Of a DNA stretch of 64,000 nucleotides, positions 1 to 13,516 are shown one piece after another (within the stretch, counting starts at the first letter, position 1; the number at the start of each line of letters is the position of its first letter). The stretch comes from Somniosus microcephalus (lineage: Eukaryota): positions 111,538,001 through 111,602,000 of the forward strand of contig CM126213.1 in NCBI GenBank assembly GCA_052327205.1, written 5' to 3'. A model generated the notes under the pieces. That model saw only the letters and a list, made by a program, of their open reading frames with translations, did no database searches and was not told the DNA's origin. Both the position numbers and the translations under genes were made by a program.

Positions 1-650
1 CCTTGAGGCAATAAAGCGCCTTTCTGGCTGCTGCGCGTCTCTGCCCCGATTGCAGTCTGGCCCCTGACACCGGCTGCGGTCGTGTCCTCTGCCCTTTCTC
101 TTTGTTTTTCCTCCCCTTCTCCCTCTGACAACTCGGCCGACTTCCCCCCCATGCCGCTCGATCGGGCTTACCCGCCGCTGTCGAAGAAGGGATGATCACT
201 GCCTGTTGCTGATGTTGGACTTCGTGGCCAGAAAACCAAACCGGGTTCTCGATGGCCTCCCGTGCGATGCAGTGCTCTGCAGGATGTTGAGGGCGGATGC
301 CCTTTTTCGACTCCCGTTCTCTGAGGACGAAGCCTCCTTGGAATGGACCCCAGAATCAGTACTGGGGGAGGTGATGCAAAACTGCCGCTAGGTACGATCA
401 GACTCGTCGCCACTGTTGAGTCTGTGTTTACAAGTGCAGTTATAATGAATAACAGGACACAGACAACAGAAGTAAGTAAACAGGTCTTTAGTGATTGAGG
501 GTCAAGGCGGGAACTGAGGTACACTTGCTCCGCAGGGTTTATATACCGGTGTGGTCACCACCGGTACTACAATGTACAGGAGCCATTAAAAAGTAGTCCA
601 TCACTTTAAGGTATCCTCTTAAGGTAGTACAGGTTACATATACTACATCA
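1..650 (-). mobile_element. LTR retrotransposon (probably Gypsy-like) 5' end: LTR 414-650, PBS 403-412, internal region running off the window
   Basis: Minus strand reads TGATG(650)...TATATAA...CTCAACA(414), a 237-bp TG..CA LTR. After 1 nt comes TGGCGACGAG, complementary to the 3' end of tRNA-Ser(GCU). The internal part is CpG-rich; a frame from ATG 152 (MGGKSAELSEGRGGKTKRKGRG...) is open to the window edge. Confidence 0.8.
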
Positions 651-3600
651 ATAAGAATGTATTAACAATGATTCTTTTATTTTAAGTTTTTCTAAAACAA
701 CGTTTCTTTTTAACTATTGATTGAAACAGCAGCAGAAGCATTTGCAGAAATAAGCTAGGCTGGAGGATGCAGCAAAAGCTGTTACAAAGATATCAGTCCC
801 TAAAGTCAATAAGTTGAAGGGCTCTTAGATGAAACTGCTCCTAGCTATTAGATTATAAGAATCTGTAGGAAATACCAGTTTTATGGATCTTTTAAACTAA
901 TAAAACTGCTTCACTTTTGCTCAACATTAGAAAAGCCCTGAAATAGTTTTTTTTCCTCAATCATTCATTTTGAAGATGAAGATGCTCTGGGAGATTCCTG
1001 TTGCTATTTCTAGCAGCTAATCCCTGCCATCTCCATAAAGGATACTTTTCATCGGATGTAGTTGTCGATTTGCTGGGAAAAAGATGACACCGCCGCTTTC
1101 GATTTGCCACTGCTCATGCTCACCGCGGCATACTCTAATTAGAAATGTTGGAAAATAAGGAGTAAGTTCGCAACGGCAAGATCGATGTGGTAGACAACAA
1201 ATTTAACAGTGTACATCGCCGATCTAACCATTGCAGGAATATCTGGGCCACTGCCTTGTGCTCTGATTAGAGAATTCACATTTACATGTTGTATACATAC
1301 CATAGTACAGAAATACATATTTTACTCATCTGCCCAACTAGACATAACAAATGTGCAAAACTTGTCTTGTTCTCTACAATTACAATGATATTTGTACGTT
1401 TAAGCTGTGATTCTATTCATATACTAACCAAAATGTGAAGATTCAAATGTTTTCATAGCACAGCATAATATTTTCATCTATCAAATCAACTTAATGCAGA
1501 GTATGAATGCTTCAATCAGCATAAAGTCAAATAAACTTTAGAAATCAACAGCATTTCCCAGAAAACCTCCCGAGTCCCCACAACCCTAAAAAGAAATTTA
1601 CTGAATTATTAAGCAGGGTAAATATAATCATTATCGAATAGCTTTGCAATAGCCCCCAATGCAAAATTTCAAAATTAACAAATGATGTAATTTCTAATAC
1701 CATAAACATTATTCATGAAAATAGCTTTCAGATTCTTAAGTGCCAGAGGCAATAAATATTTGTGCATGTAGCACAGTATCATGTGCATCATATTAACAAT
1801 AGTAACCATTATAATCATAAACTTTCAAATAGTTATTGAAAAAGAGGAAACTAATTTCAATTTAAAAGTACTGAAAGTCACTTTAGATAAGGAAGACCTT
1901 TAAATGGCATCATGCAGCCATTAGTTCTACACACTCATTTCCCTCATAAAACACCGTTTTTGTTTGTGAATTAATTATTGGCTGTTCATTTTACCTGGTG
2001 TAACAGTACAGCCTCTGTGCAAGGAGGAGGTGGTCTTGAGGCACCAAAAGACTTTAAAGGAGGATGATGTTCAAGTACAACACTGTGTTTATGTACTCCC
2101 AAAAGTGTATCAAAGCTCAGATCCACAGAAATAAAAGAAAAGCCAAACAAAACAAGCATTAGACTGCATAAAATAAAATACGGACAAGGCAAACAGGTGA
2201 GGCATTGTTTAGATGCCTAAGGTAGATCGATATCTATGCTTGCAAGCCAGGAATCCTGCCTACTTTCCCCTGGTGCTGCAAGGATCATCTTACGGACTGC
2301 AGACAGACTGTCGCCAATACCCAACTGACAGACAACCTATTCCACCTCTGCAAAAATCATACACATCTTCATTCTTTGTGGTTCACTAAGAAAGGTTGAA
2401 GAATCTGCACCTAAATTTCAGTGCTTTTGTGTCGTTCAAAATGTTTATTTGATAAACTGCTTACAGTTTGCTTTATAAGCTTTGTGCACTCAGTAACAGC
2501 GAAGCTGCACTTCAGCTATCTTCACTTGAATACCAGCTTTCATCTGTGGTGAGTTGTAATTCAGCTGAAATTTCTGTATAATAGCATAATGATTAATTTT
2601 GCAGCATTCGGTTGTGAATTGTTGATGCACTGAGAGAAAGTCCTTCTGAGTTCCTGTGGATTCATGTGACATGTAAAAATTTTCAGCAAATCATGTTGGC
2701 ATTTAACAAATTACTTGGGGCCTGTGAACATGACTTGAATGTATTAACAAAAAAAACACTTTAGCTACTATGTTCTGATAGCCACCTGAGATTTTACAGG
2801 TCAGTGAGTGAGCAGAATTGTCTAAATAGGAAACTCTCAGTGCAGGAAAATAGATAGCCAACATTTCATCTCAACAGCATTTGTTTTGCTATTCTTAGAG
2901 ATGGCATAGGGCTATGAGGAGTGCATAATTAATTATCTGTTAAATAGCATTAAGTGATTTACAAAAATAAAGACAAATATTGTATTTAAATGTATGATTA
3001 TACTGAAATGTAATTTGTGTACAATGACACATCAATGGTGCTCAATATATAACAGACTACCTTATATAATTTTAGAACTTTGTGGAAAGATTACTGATTT
3101 CAGTACATTAGCAAGTTTATCAGTCATATTGATCACTTGCTGCTGTGCCTTCCAATTCCCCCACCCCTTCCCCCACTGCCATATGAGCAGGATATTTTCT
3201 GCTAGCTGCTAGGAATTATATGAAGTGTTCTAATTGTCAATCCTGAAGATTGATGCTGGTTGCATCCTCAGGCAGATGAACACAAGTGTGGCTTTTCTGC
3301 ATTTGACAGACCATGTCAAACTCGGATTGTGACCAGGTTTTTCTGCTGATTACCCCTTTGTAATGGCGGAAGTGCAATTTTCCTGTCAGATGCAAATCTT
3401 TGACATAATTCCCCTTTAAAGAAAGCACCTCAGTGTAGAACACAAAAAATGCCTTCTATCACACTAATTTTTTTTTAACTTTCTAAGTGCAAAATTGCCT
3501 AATTATTTGAATCGACGATCAGTGAGTTATACTTCTATAGGTGAGAGGTGTATTTGGATTCAGTATGCCTCCTAGTTTACCCTTAATGACTTTCACAGAA

Positions 3601-4945
3601 AATTATAAATGTACAGTATTTTTATCTCTAATTAAGGGATAAATTAAAAACTTAAACTAATTCAATCTTTCAGTTTACAATAAATACGTAAAGCTGTTGT
3701 GAGAAACTGGCACAGTGTGTGGATTCAATTATTATTGTTTATTTGTTTAATTGCCTAAAAAATGGAGTTCTGAAAAAGGAATGATCCACATGCTGCAAAT
3801 TTCAATGCTGTCAGTTTACCTTTGAAGGACTATGGGATTTTATACTGTATTTTTGTATTGTATTCCCCAGAGCTTCTTCATGTTTTCATTATGAAGCAGT
3901 AGTTGAGAAAACATGCCAGTAGGTAAGCTCAAAATCCTCCATAAAGCAGCAGGAATATTGTTAAACCATTTTCTTGTACCAGATACTTCAACAGACACCC
4001 CTCCCCCATTACCCTAGGCTGCATAAAACTGCTCAAGTTTTGTATCAAAAGCATCCTTTAAAAAATAGCAAGTCATATTATAGGCCTAACTTCATTATGT
4101 TAATATTGCGCCACAAAGAGACACCTTCTCTGCAGTTTGTAAAAGATTAAATCAAATCAAAATACACTATACAAGCAAAAGTTGGACATTTAAAAAAATT
4201 ACCACATGTTTCAACATGCTATTTTTTTTGTTCTAGAGACATGTAAAAGGCAAGTTTGAGTAGAACTTACTTAGCACTTGTAGAATAACTGAACTAAATA
4301 TCACTAATATTTAATTTACATTATTATGCTATTTTGTGCCTGTAGAGTACTGAAGTAGTCTTAGCAAGGCTGTAGGTTCTCAAGTTACTTTTAGTGTTAA
4401 TGAGCTCTGGCAATGTGAAAAAAATGTAGGATTAGATATATAAAATCAGATATGATTAAAAGCTGCATCAGTTGGAGGGTGTTGGAAAGTGTCAGTTCAC
4501 AGAAAACTAATTAGTGCCTGATAAAGTAAGCATCTACATTAGAAAGAAATCCTTGCAAAATGAGAATATTACTTTGAACGAATGAGCATATCATGAACAG
4601 GACAATTTCTCTGATCTAGCTATGTCATAATGACACATAGTTCACAACTTAAAAATCCAAAAGCCAAGTGGAATACAGTTACCAATTCTAAAACTATTCA
4701 AATTGTAGTTCAATGCTTTATACAATTTTCAGCAGTAATGGCAGCATCTGATGTGTGCAAATTGTTACCAAGTGATACTTTGTCGTTTCCATCTCACTGC
4801 ATATATTTATTGCCTTATACACAAGCACTTGTACTTCTCAAAGTACTGTATATACTTGTGAATAAGGCAACCTATGTACAAGACAACCATTACCCAATAT
4901 TCCACTCAAAAACATCTACAATTCATATACAAGATAACAATCAAC

Positions 4946-5044
4946 AGGGGACTGGGACGATTGGGTAGCTCTACTAAAGAGCCGGTGCAGGCACGATGGG
5001 TCGAAAAGCCTCCTTCTGTGCTGTATCATTCTATGAATCTATGA
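4946..5044 (+). mobile_element. CR1-family LINE 3' tail fragment
   Basis: GGCACGATGGGTCGAAAAGCCTCCTTCTGTGCTGTATCATTCTATGAATCTATGA, the same tail type as the CR1 at 55349 on the opposite strand. Confidence 0.75.
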
Positions 5045-5135
5045 TTACAAAGCTTCTAGCCACCATAAAATCTCACCTTAATGTCAGCTGACATCTATAT
5101 ATATTTGATTTCAAATTTCAAAAAGTGCATTTGCT

Positions 5136-5332
5136 GTTGTTCAGCTACTCCAGCGCTGTGACATTGAAATGGCAACTCTCTCTCCTGATTGCAATCTAGC
5201 TCCCACTGCTGATTTTAAATCTCCTCTCCCTCTATCTATTCTGTGTCAGATTTTAAATTAGCAGTGGAAGCTTCAAGTTAGGATTTAGGACAGTTGCCAT
5301 TTAAATTATAGAGCAGAAGAATACTAAACAAC
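5136..5332. repeat. Degenerate ~200-bp inverted repeat (old MITE-like hairpin)
   Basis: AAATGGCAACT pairs with AGTTGCCATTT, and AGCTCCCACTGCTGATTTTAAATCT pairs with AGATTTTAAATTAGCAGTGGAAGCT, around a ~25-nt pyrimidine-rich loop. Confidence 0.7.
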
Positions 5333-6477
5333 TAGTAGGTTTGCATTGGTATGATGCTGCGGCTTCTAGGTAAACTGCCTTTGAAAACCTGAGGAAGTAT
5401 TTGACTCACATAAAAGACACGCCCCCCCTCAACTTTTAGCCCCAAAGAGGGACTTAAATTTCTAGTCTTATACACAAACATACACAGTATACATTACAAT
5501 ACAGAAATAGGAAAACATTCCATACAAATTGTCCTTTCTGCTCTGTCCTTATTCAGCATTGAAAAATGTGCAGGATAGACAAGATTATATGCGGGGAGAG
5601 TAGGGGTGGGGCATGCTCGTAGGGATTCTGGAAATGCACTGCTAATATCTCCAACAAATGACAGTCTCTCATGAACTATTAGGTTATTTTTGTGTTTTAT
5701 AAAGATAAAGCACTCCATTGTGAATTTAGTTCAATCGACTGACATGGGAATAATTTTGTTGGCAATATTTTTTTTTAATCAGTTTTAAAAGTGTGTTAAT
5801 ACTTTGTATTATGTTGCATGACCTGCTCTCACTTCTCACCAGGTCAACATCTTGACTGCCAACTTGAAAACCCACTATAGGCAGATGTTCAAAGCCCCAT
5901 TTCACAAGAATCATGGAGCAAGTAGGATGAGTATTTAGTTCATAATGACTAACAAGAAAAATTGTACATCTTATAATACTAATTTCTGTCTACAGTAGGA
6001 ATAGAAATGTCACTTTTACTGGTTAATTCCATAACACAGTCCATGAGTGTGTTACAATGCCCATAGTTTCTGAATGTGAAACACTTAGCAGCATTAGTGA
6101 AAGAACGCCTGTTCTGATGATAAATGTAACTTATCACACTAGAATATAATTACTCACGTATGCCTTGTCATTATTCTCAGGTATCTATCTCCATATATTT
6201 GTTTTTAAATGTTTATGCCACACTTGTCTGCACACAATGCCCTATCTTAAGTGTCAAATATGGTATTGATCCCACACCAAGAAAAATAGCACTTAACATA
6301 CAAACTCCTTATATTATATACACTCTGTATATATGCCAATAGATTGGGAATGTACAGAATCAGAAAAAGGATCATGATGCTCCTTCTGGCCTGCACAAAA
6401 GATTTTAAAAGAAATGCATACAAAACTCTGTCTCTTAGTAGGAATACAGGAATGTAAGAGAGATTGATTGATAAGAG

Positions 6478-6583
6478 TTCCTACATTACAATAATGACTA
6501 CATTTCAAAAGTACTACATTGGCTATAAAGCACTTTGGAATGTCCTGAGGTTGTGATAGGCATTATATAAATGCAAGTCTTTA
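6478..6583 (+). mobile_element. Deu-domain SINE 3' fragment
   Basis: TTCCTACATTACAATAATGACTACATTTCAAAAGTAC...GTCCTGAGGTTGTGATAGGCATTATATAAATGCAAGTCTTT matches the 3' part of the SINE at 14686-15120. Confidence 0.75.
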
Positions 6584-6851
6584 TTTCCTTCTTTCATACA
6601 CCTACATGTATTCATATTAGTATGTTTATACAAGGTATGATCAAAAATATATATTTTGTGGTATCTCAGTTCTGCTGTTATAGCATCAGTTGTGTTTTCC
6701 CTCACAATGATGTTGTATTTCAATTATGCTGTTTAATTTAAGTCTGAAATTTAAAAAGTGACCTTGAACCATAATCCAAGTATTGTGGACAATGCAATGT
6801 TCAGAATTTCAGCGGAATTCTTACAGAAAACAATAACTGCTGTATTCATCA

Positions 6852-7583
6852 GGGTCGATTTTAAACCTGCCCGTCCAGTGAGAACACACGGAAGAAGGGT
6901 TAAGAAGACGGGGGGTTCACGCTGCTTTCCCAAGGTGTTTCCACCCCCACCTTCTTAGCTTACCTCAGATCGGGCAAGGGAGGGCTGCCTGCTCCAGGCA
7001 GCTGGGGGCCCACTTTACATGGAAAAGTCACAGCCCGATTACATTATCGGCACCATGACCCCATTTTAAGGCGAAATCACGGGATGCCCACATGGAGCCA
7101 AACATACCAGCAAAACCTCGCATGAGGCAGCAGAGTGGCCAGAAGAGGCCACAGTAACTTTTATTTTTTTATCATTTTTGTGATTCCTAATGGGGCAGAA
7201 GGATCGGGAATGCTTCTCAGGGATTCGCAAGGAACCCTTGGGCCTCTCCAGCCCTGGCCTTCCCATTCCATCCCACCACCAGCAGCTCTTTGCAGACTTA
7301 CCAGTCTCCCCTGCTCATCACTAACCTTATGCCAGGGACTGTTCCCTTGGGTCCCCAGTGTTGTCAGCCTCCCGTCTAATTTCCCGCTCCCGCCCAATTT
7401 CCCACTCCCACCCATTGGCACTAAAGTAATTTTTGCCTGCTTTGGGCAGGAAACGCTGCAGACTAATTTAAATGAGGCCAGTGAGTTAAATTGGACCAAG
7501 CTTCACACCGAGGAGTCCGGGAGGGTTACCCTTCCGCCCCATATCCTGCCAGCCTTGAATGCACCCAGAGTTAAAATCAGCTC
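6852..7583. mobile_element. Non-autonomous TIR element (Harbinger-type MITE), ~730 bp
   Basis: Left end GGGTCGATTTTAA and right end TTAAAATCAGCTC (reverse complement GAGCTGATTTTAA) bound a GC-rich body in AT-rich DNA. No clear TSD. Confidence 0.6.
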
Positions 7584-8714
7584 TATATTAGTAAAATCTC
7601 ATCCTATTAAAATATCCATAGACAATAAGAAAACTGATTAAAGGCAATTTATCAAAAATTAGAAATCTTGAGCAACAAACAATCCCACACACAGAGGCTA
7701 GTAATACACCACTTTTATTCAACAATGGGGAGAAGGAGCGAATGAGAGGGGAAATGTAATTAGATTATCTCTACATATTTAATAAGACAAGTACCTCATT
7801 CTTCCAAGTGTGGATCCTCTATGTCCATGTTGAGTATTTCCTAAAAGTCAAAGCTCTCATTGCATTTCTATTGGAACCTTTTTCTGTTCAGAAAAACAGT
7901 GTGTGACTTAGAATTACAAAGTATGTTACAACTCAACGTATTACAAGTTAGAGATCATGTGCCATCATAACGGAACCTGTTTCTCAATCAAATCTCAATC
8001 TTAAAATGTATGGCATTATTCTCAGTATTATAAAGTGAGGAAACATAAGAAATTGCTGCTTTTTCAGTTTATCATTTTGGATATTTTTAACATGGGAAGA
8101 TGTTGTGGCAGACAGTGACTGAGAGCTCCCATGTGAATACCACATGAATTTGCCATAACTGTTACAGTATTGGGATTTATGTTACTGAAGCATAAAATAC
8201 CATAGCGTCTATATAATACCACTTGATTATTGACTGAGATGCAGTATTTGGACAGAGGCAGATCATGAAAGGAGACTGCTATACTTGTGCTCCAATATTA
8301 CTCTCAGTACTGGTTTTATAATATGTGCAATGCATTTGCATTGGTAAGAAATGTTTTGCTTTATTCATGTTTGAGGCACAGACCCATGTGTTACATTACT
8401 AGGTCCTATAAGCAGATTTACATTAGCACTTCCTCTTCCCAGTGAAAACAGCTGAAGCCCATGTCCATGTGTTAATGTCAACTTACCATAGATGAGATGC
8501 ATTTTTCTACACTTTTGTCTGATTTGTCTGAAGTAATTTTATCTGGTTTGTCATGATGAGCACAAAGCACCAAGGAATTCTGCAAAATAAAAAAGTAATT
8601 TTACTGGGGTAAGCACCTATTTAAAAATATCAGTAATTTATCAGCCTGTTAAAATAATTGCTACATGAATGTTTATTAAATTGCACATTGATACAATGGA
8701 GTGGTAAAGTTATT

Positions 8715-9365
8715 GAACTTGAATTTCCTCCATATTTGCATCCAGAAACACTCATAACCGGGGCGCAAATCAATTATGAGGCCTAAAAGATCGTGGAATT
8801 TTGGGTTACCCCTGTAAGTACAATACGCCCAAATCTCCTCAATCTTTTACGGCTGTCTATCGAACCCTCCGCCCATAAAACTGCCCCCCCTCCCACCAAA
8901 GTTACAGAGCTTTATATACCAGTTTCCTGCAATTACACTTGCTCACAGTTTCTATTCAAATTACTACCAGATTGTCAGGTGTTTTATGGTAATTTTTTTG
9001 AGTATTTTTAAAAATGTATCCTCTCTGAGACCTGCACTGCAATTTTTGTTTCTTTGAATACATTTTTATGGTGTAAGTCGCATTAATTGAAAAGCTTCCT
9101 TGATTGCTGTGCCTGATGGGTATGATGATGGTTGAATAAGGTGAAAGTTGAAACTTTAATTTTCATTCTTAAAGCAGGGAAATATATGGTGCAAATTCAA
9201 CGCTTTCCTTGGGCTCCAATTATTTATGCTGATTTATGCCAATTTATGCCCATTTTACATCTGGGTGTATTCTAATGAAATTCGCAGGAAATTGAAACGT
9301 CAGCAGAATGGGCGCATTTTCAGGTCTAACTCTCGGGTTGCACCCACAGAGAAAATTTCCGGACC
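8715..9365. mobile_element. Degenerate MITE-like element
   Basis: Right end AAAATTTCCGGACC resembles the GGCC..AATTT termini of other elements here. A weak inverted match (GAATTTCCTCC...TGCATCCAGAAA) lies near 8715. Confidence 0.35.
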
Positions 9366-10594
9366 TTGCTGGAATTTAGAACTCTACATTATGAAATATA
9401 CATGGAATATATGCCTTCAGGAGCTAGGGCCAAATTCGATCTTGAAATTTACAGTCACACTAATTTTGCCTGGCAACAAAATGCACTGGCGCAAAGCCCA
9501 GTTTTACAAAGGTGTAAGGCCACCAAGCTGATGTTGCATCAACCTTTACCAAGTGAGAAAGAGGTTGTCTCTCATTGCTGCAGCTTCCCACCAGATACAG
9601 TATAATTATAATTGTTGCATAAGGGAACTTGTATATCAAAAAAAAATCATAACTTTTTTAAGACCACTTATCTTCTATTCTCGTTCCTTCATTATAAGCT
9701 GCAGTTACCCATGAGGGGATTAATTCAGATAAAATTACTGACTGGATAAAGCAGGTCATACAAAGTGCACTATTGTTAATTGTTTTAAAAATACATGCTC
9801 ACAGTTAAATTAAATTTTTGGTCAGCATGATTTATATTTATCAATTATGATGCCTAATAAGTTTCTAAACAGTTTTTTTTTCCTCAGGGAAAGGAAGGAG
9901 CAGCAGTAACCAAGTGTAAATCAAAGGGAACTATGCTGGAATATGGAACAGTTCAGACCTTGCCCTTATAATCTGTTCCAGTACAAATTCCAGTCACAGT
10001 TTATGATATTAAAATATTCACCAGGCTGTGTTATTCCACTGGCTTTAACCTGCTGGCCCACCCACCTTCCACGCCCATCGTTTGCGTAAGAATAGGTTTT
10101 TCAAATATTACCAGTTTTTTTTTCTCTTCCAGGACGGGGCTACTGTTTCAATGATTTCAGAATCGTTTAACCTATTTTTAAGGGTCACGGTTTCAGTTCC
10201 GGTTCTGTCCTTTTATTAACCCATTGGTTCCCGCTCTCGAGCGGACTGCCCAGGCTGCGCTCTCGGTTATGGAACAGCCGCCTACAGTCGTGCCTGCTCA
10301 CTTGCTATATCCCGCTCTTTCCAATTACCCAGCCCAACTCTCTGCCTGGTGTGAGGCTACCAGTTGCAGTCCAATAGACCTAGTGATATGGCAGATTTAG
10401 CATTCATGAACATGGACTTCAGAACCGTGGTATCCCAGAGCGGGAAGGCGCTCCAGCTGAATTCTAAACCCTGTGAGACCACCTAGTGTAAAGCATTTTA
10501 TTTTAAATTGCCTGACATTTGTTTAGACTAACCAAACTGTGGTGCTGAACCTGTAATGTAAGTTCATGCTGTCAGCTCACTGCTTTGAATCAAG

Positions 10595-11456
10595 TACGAG
10601 GCTGACAGTTAAACGCAATACTGAGGGAGTGCTGCATTGTTGGAGGTGCTGCAGTCCTTCAGATGAGATGTTAAACCGAGGCCCCTGCTGCCTGTTCCCC
10701 TGTCTCAACACATCACTACTCCTCTAAATCTACACTCCTGCTTTAGTCCCAGGATTGAACTCCTCCTTGGATAAGCCCATGGCTACCCTCTATGCCTCTC
10801 TTCTACAAAGGGCTGCCTCCTTATGAGCAGCAACCCCAACTGCCCCATCCTTTCTCACCAACCTTCCAGCCCAGCACACCTGCCGGTTGCTAATCTTGCC
10901 AACCTCTTTCCCATCCCGCTCACCCCACCCACAACTGTCCCAGGGATTCTGTCACTGCCCCTCTCTGCAGTTCCCTCCAAAATGTCTTCTCACTCACAAA
11001 CAAAGCCCTTGCCATACATAATCTTATTCTGGATGAGTGCATTGACATCTTGGCTTTGACAGAAACTTGGTTCATGGGTGGCAACACTTTGCCCTTTACT
11101 GAAGCCTCCCTGCCTGGATAAACTTTCCACCACCTGCCCTGCCCAAACTGCCTCTGTGAAGCACCTAATGACATGTTCTATAAATGCAAGCTGTTGTTGT
11201 TCCACTGGTTCAAGTGGATGTTAAAAATTCCATGGTGCTATTGGAAGAAGAGTTTTTCCAATGTCTTGCTCAACATTCATCACTCAACCAATTCTGCCAA
11301 AAACAGATGGATTGATCATTTATTTCATTGCTGTTTGTGGGAACTTGCTGTTGTGTACCAGTTGTGTTTGCCTACATAACAACAATGAAATTCATTTAAT
11401 GCACACTGGAATGTTCTGACAGATGTGATAAACTGCTATATAAATGCAAGTTTTCT
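10595..11456 (+). mobile_element. Old Deu-domain SINE interrupted by an L2-derived insert
   Basis: ACTGAGGGAGTGCTGCATTGTTGGAGGTGC...GATGAGATGTTAAACCGAGGCCCC (10620-10697) resumes near 11202 as GTGGATGTTAAAAATTCCATGG...CATTGCTGTTTGTGGGAACTTGCTG...TATATAAATGCAAGT. Confidence 0.7.
10698..11201 (+). mobile_element. Internally deleted L2 LINE (endonuclease N-terminus fused to 3' tail)
   Basis: Encodes the AP-endonuclease motifs DECIDILALTETW and EASLPG*TFHHLP, then joins directly to the tail GCCTCTGTGAAGCACC...ATAAATGCAAGCTGTTGTTGTT, which matches the L2 tail at 13452-13516. Confidence 0.65.
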
Positions 11457-12789
11457 TTTACTGCTGTCAAACTAGTACCTGCAGTTAGAACCAATTTAAA
11501 CCAAATTTGAAACTTCAAATGTTAATATTAAAAGCAGTTTGCTGGATTATTTGAATCCTTTTTAAAGTTAGAAAAGAGCTGACTGGATAGTTGATTACTT
11601 TCTGTCATTAGAAGCTTAAACATTTCATCATCAGTCTGAGAACAGTGAGTAGAGCTCTGTACATACATTTAAGTATAACTGCTCAGAGCTCTGCTTTACC
11701 TGACTAGGTAACAGTGCAAGTGTGTATGTAACTTTACCATCACCACTTCAAAACTGATACTTGTATTGGCAATGTAATTGTGTCAAAAAAAGAGTTCCAA
11801 ACAATATGCACTTTTCTCTTGAGGCCATTGCTCTGCACAGAGTAAGAATGCAATGGCTGAACTAATTCTAAATCATGCATCTGCAAAGAAATGCTGTCAA
11901 ACATGACAGCAGTGTAAAGGATTTTCACACTTTGCATCTTTCTATTCTTTCTGGTTCAATTGAATAACAAAACTATTTGGTATTGCCTCTTGAATAAAAA
12001 ATGAGTTGGCAGGACTACTAGTTAATTGGGATAAAGTTCCAAAAATGAAATAAGATCAGTCATCTGTCACCTGCCACCACCCCCCATCAGCTGATTACTT
12101 TTCTTTGATGCTTCATGCAGCCAAATAGCCTGCTGAAACTCACTATGAAGACTCACAGATGAATAAAGACCACTTGGGGGATAGTACCAAAGGGTGATGA
12201 TATTCCAACAAGGCATGTGTGCAATCAAGCGAGGAGTGGTAGAGGAGAAAAATTGGCAAGAAAAAAATGAAAATAAAGTGACACTAGTTTCCTCACAAGA
12301 TTGTGAGAGTCCTTTGAGTTTGGCAGGTATCATGGTCAACATTAGGGATTTTTTAGGGGTAACATTTATGATCAGCAAGACTAAACACAAATTGCAAACC
12401 TAATTGCTCATTTGGAACTCCATTTATTTATTTTTAATTAGTAATTGTTGCTCTTAAATGAATGACATATGCCAGTTCTGAAGAAATGTGTGAAACTTGA
12501 CATTACCAAATTTAGAACAAACTAGATGGGGATGAGGTGTTTGCCAGGATGGGAGAAGAATTAGATAAGGGAGGCAATGCAATCAACTGTAAGTCCAATG
12601 ACAATAGTTTCAACCTTGTAAAAACAGGTCTGTTACAAAATACTCCAGAAATTCATGTTGCAGCAGGCCGTGAAATAATTGGCACAAAGCTGGTATTGAA
12701 TAGACATGATACTTTTCTAATTCTTAATTAGCAAATATAATTTGTGCTACTCCATGGAAACATGGGATCAGCTTCCACCATGAACTCTG

Positions 12790-13516
12790 TTCCATCGCCA
12801 CTGATTCTAACTTGCTCCCCAGCCATTGTTTTAGGCTGAACCAGACTGTTCGCAACCTCAGTGTCCTGTTCAACCCTGTGTTGAGCTTCTTAGCCCATAT
12901 CCTCTCCATTACATATCCTCTCCACCTCCGTAACATCACCTGCCTCTGCCTCTACCTCTACCTCAACCCATCTACTGCTGAAACACTCATCCGTGCATTT
13001 GTCACCTCCAGACTCAACTATTCCAATGGTCACCTGGCCAGCCTCCTGTCCTATAACCTCTGTTAACTTTAGTTCATCCAAAACTCTGCTGCCCACATCC
13101 TATCCCTCATCAAGTCCCTCAACAGCTCAAGTTTAAAATTCCCAACCTTGTTTTTAAATCCTTTCATGGCCTTGCCTCTCTCTATTTCTGTAGCCTCCTC
13201 CAGTTCCTTGCCCCCAAACTCCATTCCTCTGACTCTGGTCCCTTGTGCATCCAGTCTCCCTTAAGTGTACCAATGGTGGCTGTGCCTTCAGTCACCTAGG
13301 TTCCATACTCTAGAATTGCCTCCCTAAACCTCTCTGCATTTCCATCTTCATATCCTCCTTTTAAGACTCTTAAAACCCACCTCTTGGACCAAGCTTTTGG
13401 TCACCCCTTCTTATATCTCCTTCTTTGGCTCAGCATCAATTGTTTTGATAAGCCTCTGTGAAGCGGCTCAGAACATTTTTCTACATTAAAGGCACTATCT
13501 AAATGCATGTTGTTGT
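12790..13516 (+). mobile_element. L2 LINE 3' fragment (ORF2 C-terminus and tail)
   Basis: ORF 12812-13066 has LNQTVRNLSVLF and AETLIRAFVTSRLNYSN, typical of the L2 ORF2 C-terminus. It ends CTGTGAAGCG...AAAGGCACTATCTAAATGCATGTTGTTGT. Confidence 0.85.

Noticed and set aside
1050-1250. CpG-containing patch ending GAATATCTGGGCC (similar ends near 10470 and 15694)
   Set aside because: Probably MITE remnants, but the matching second TIR could not be placed.
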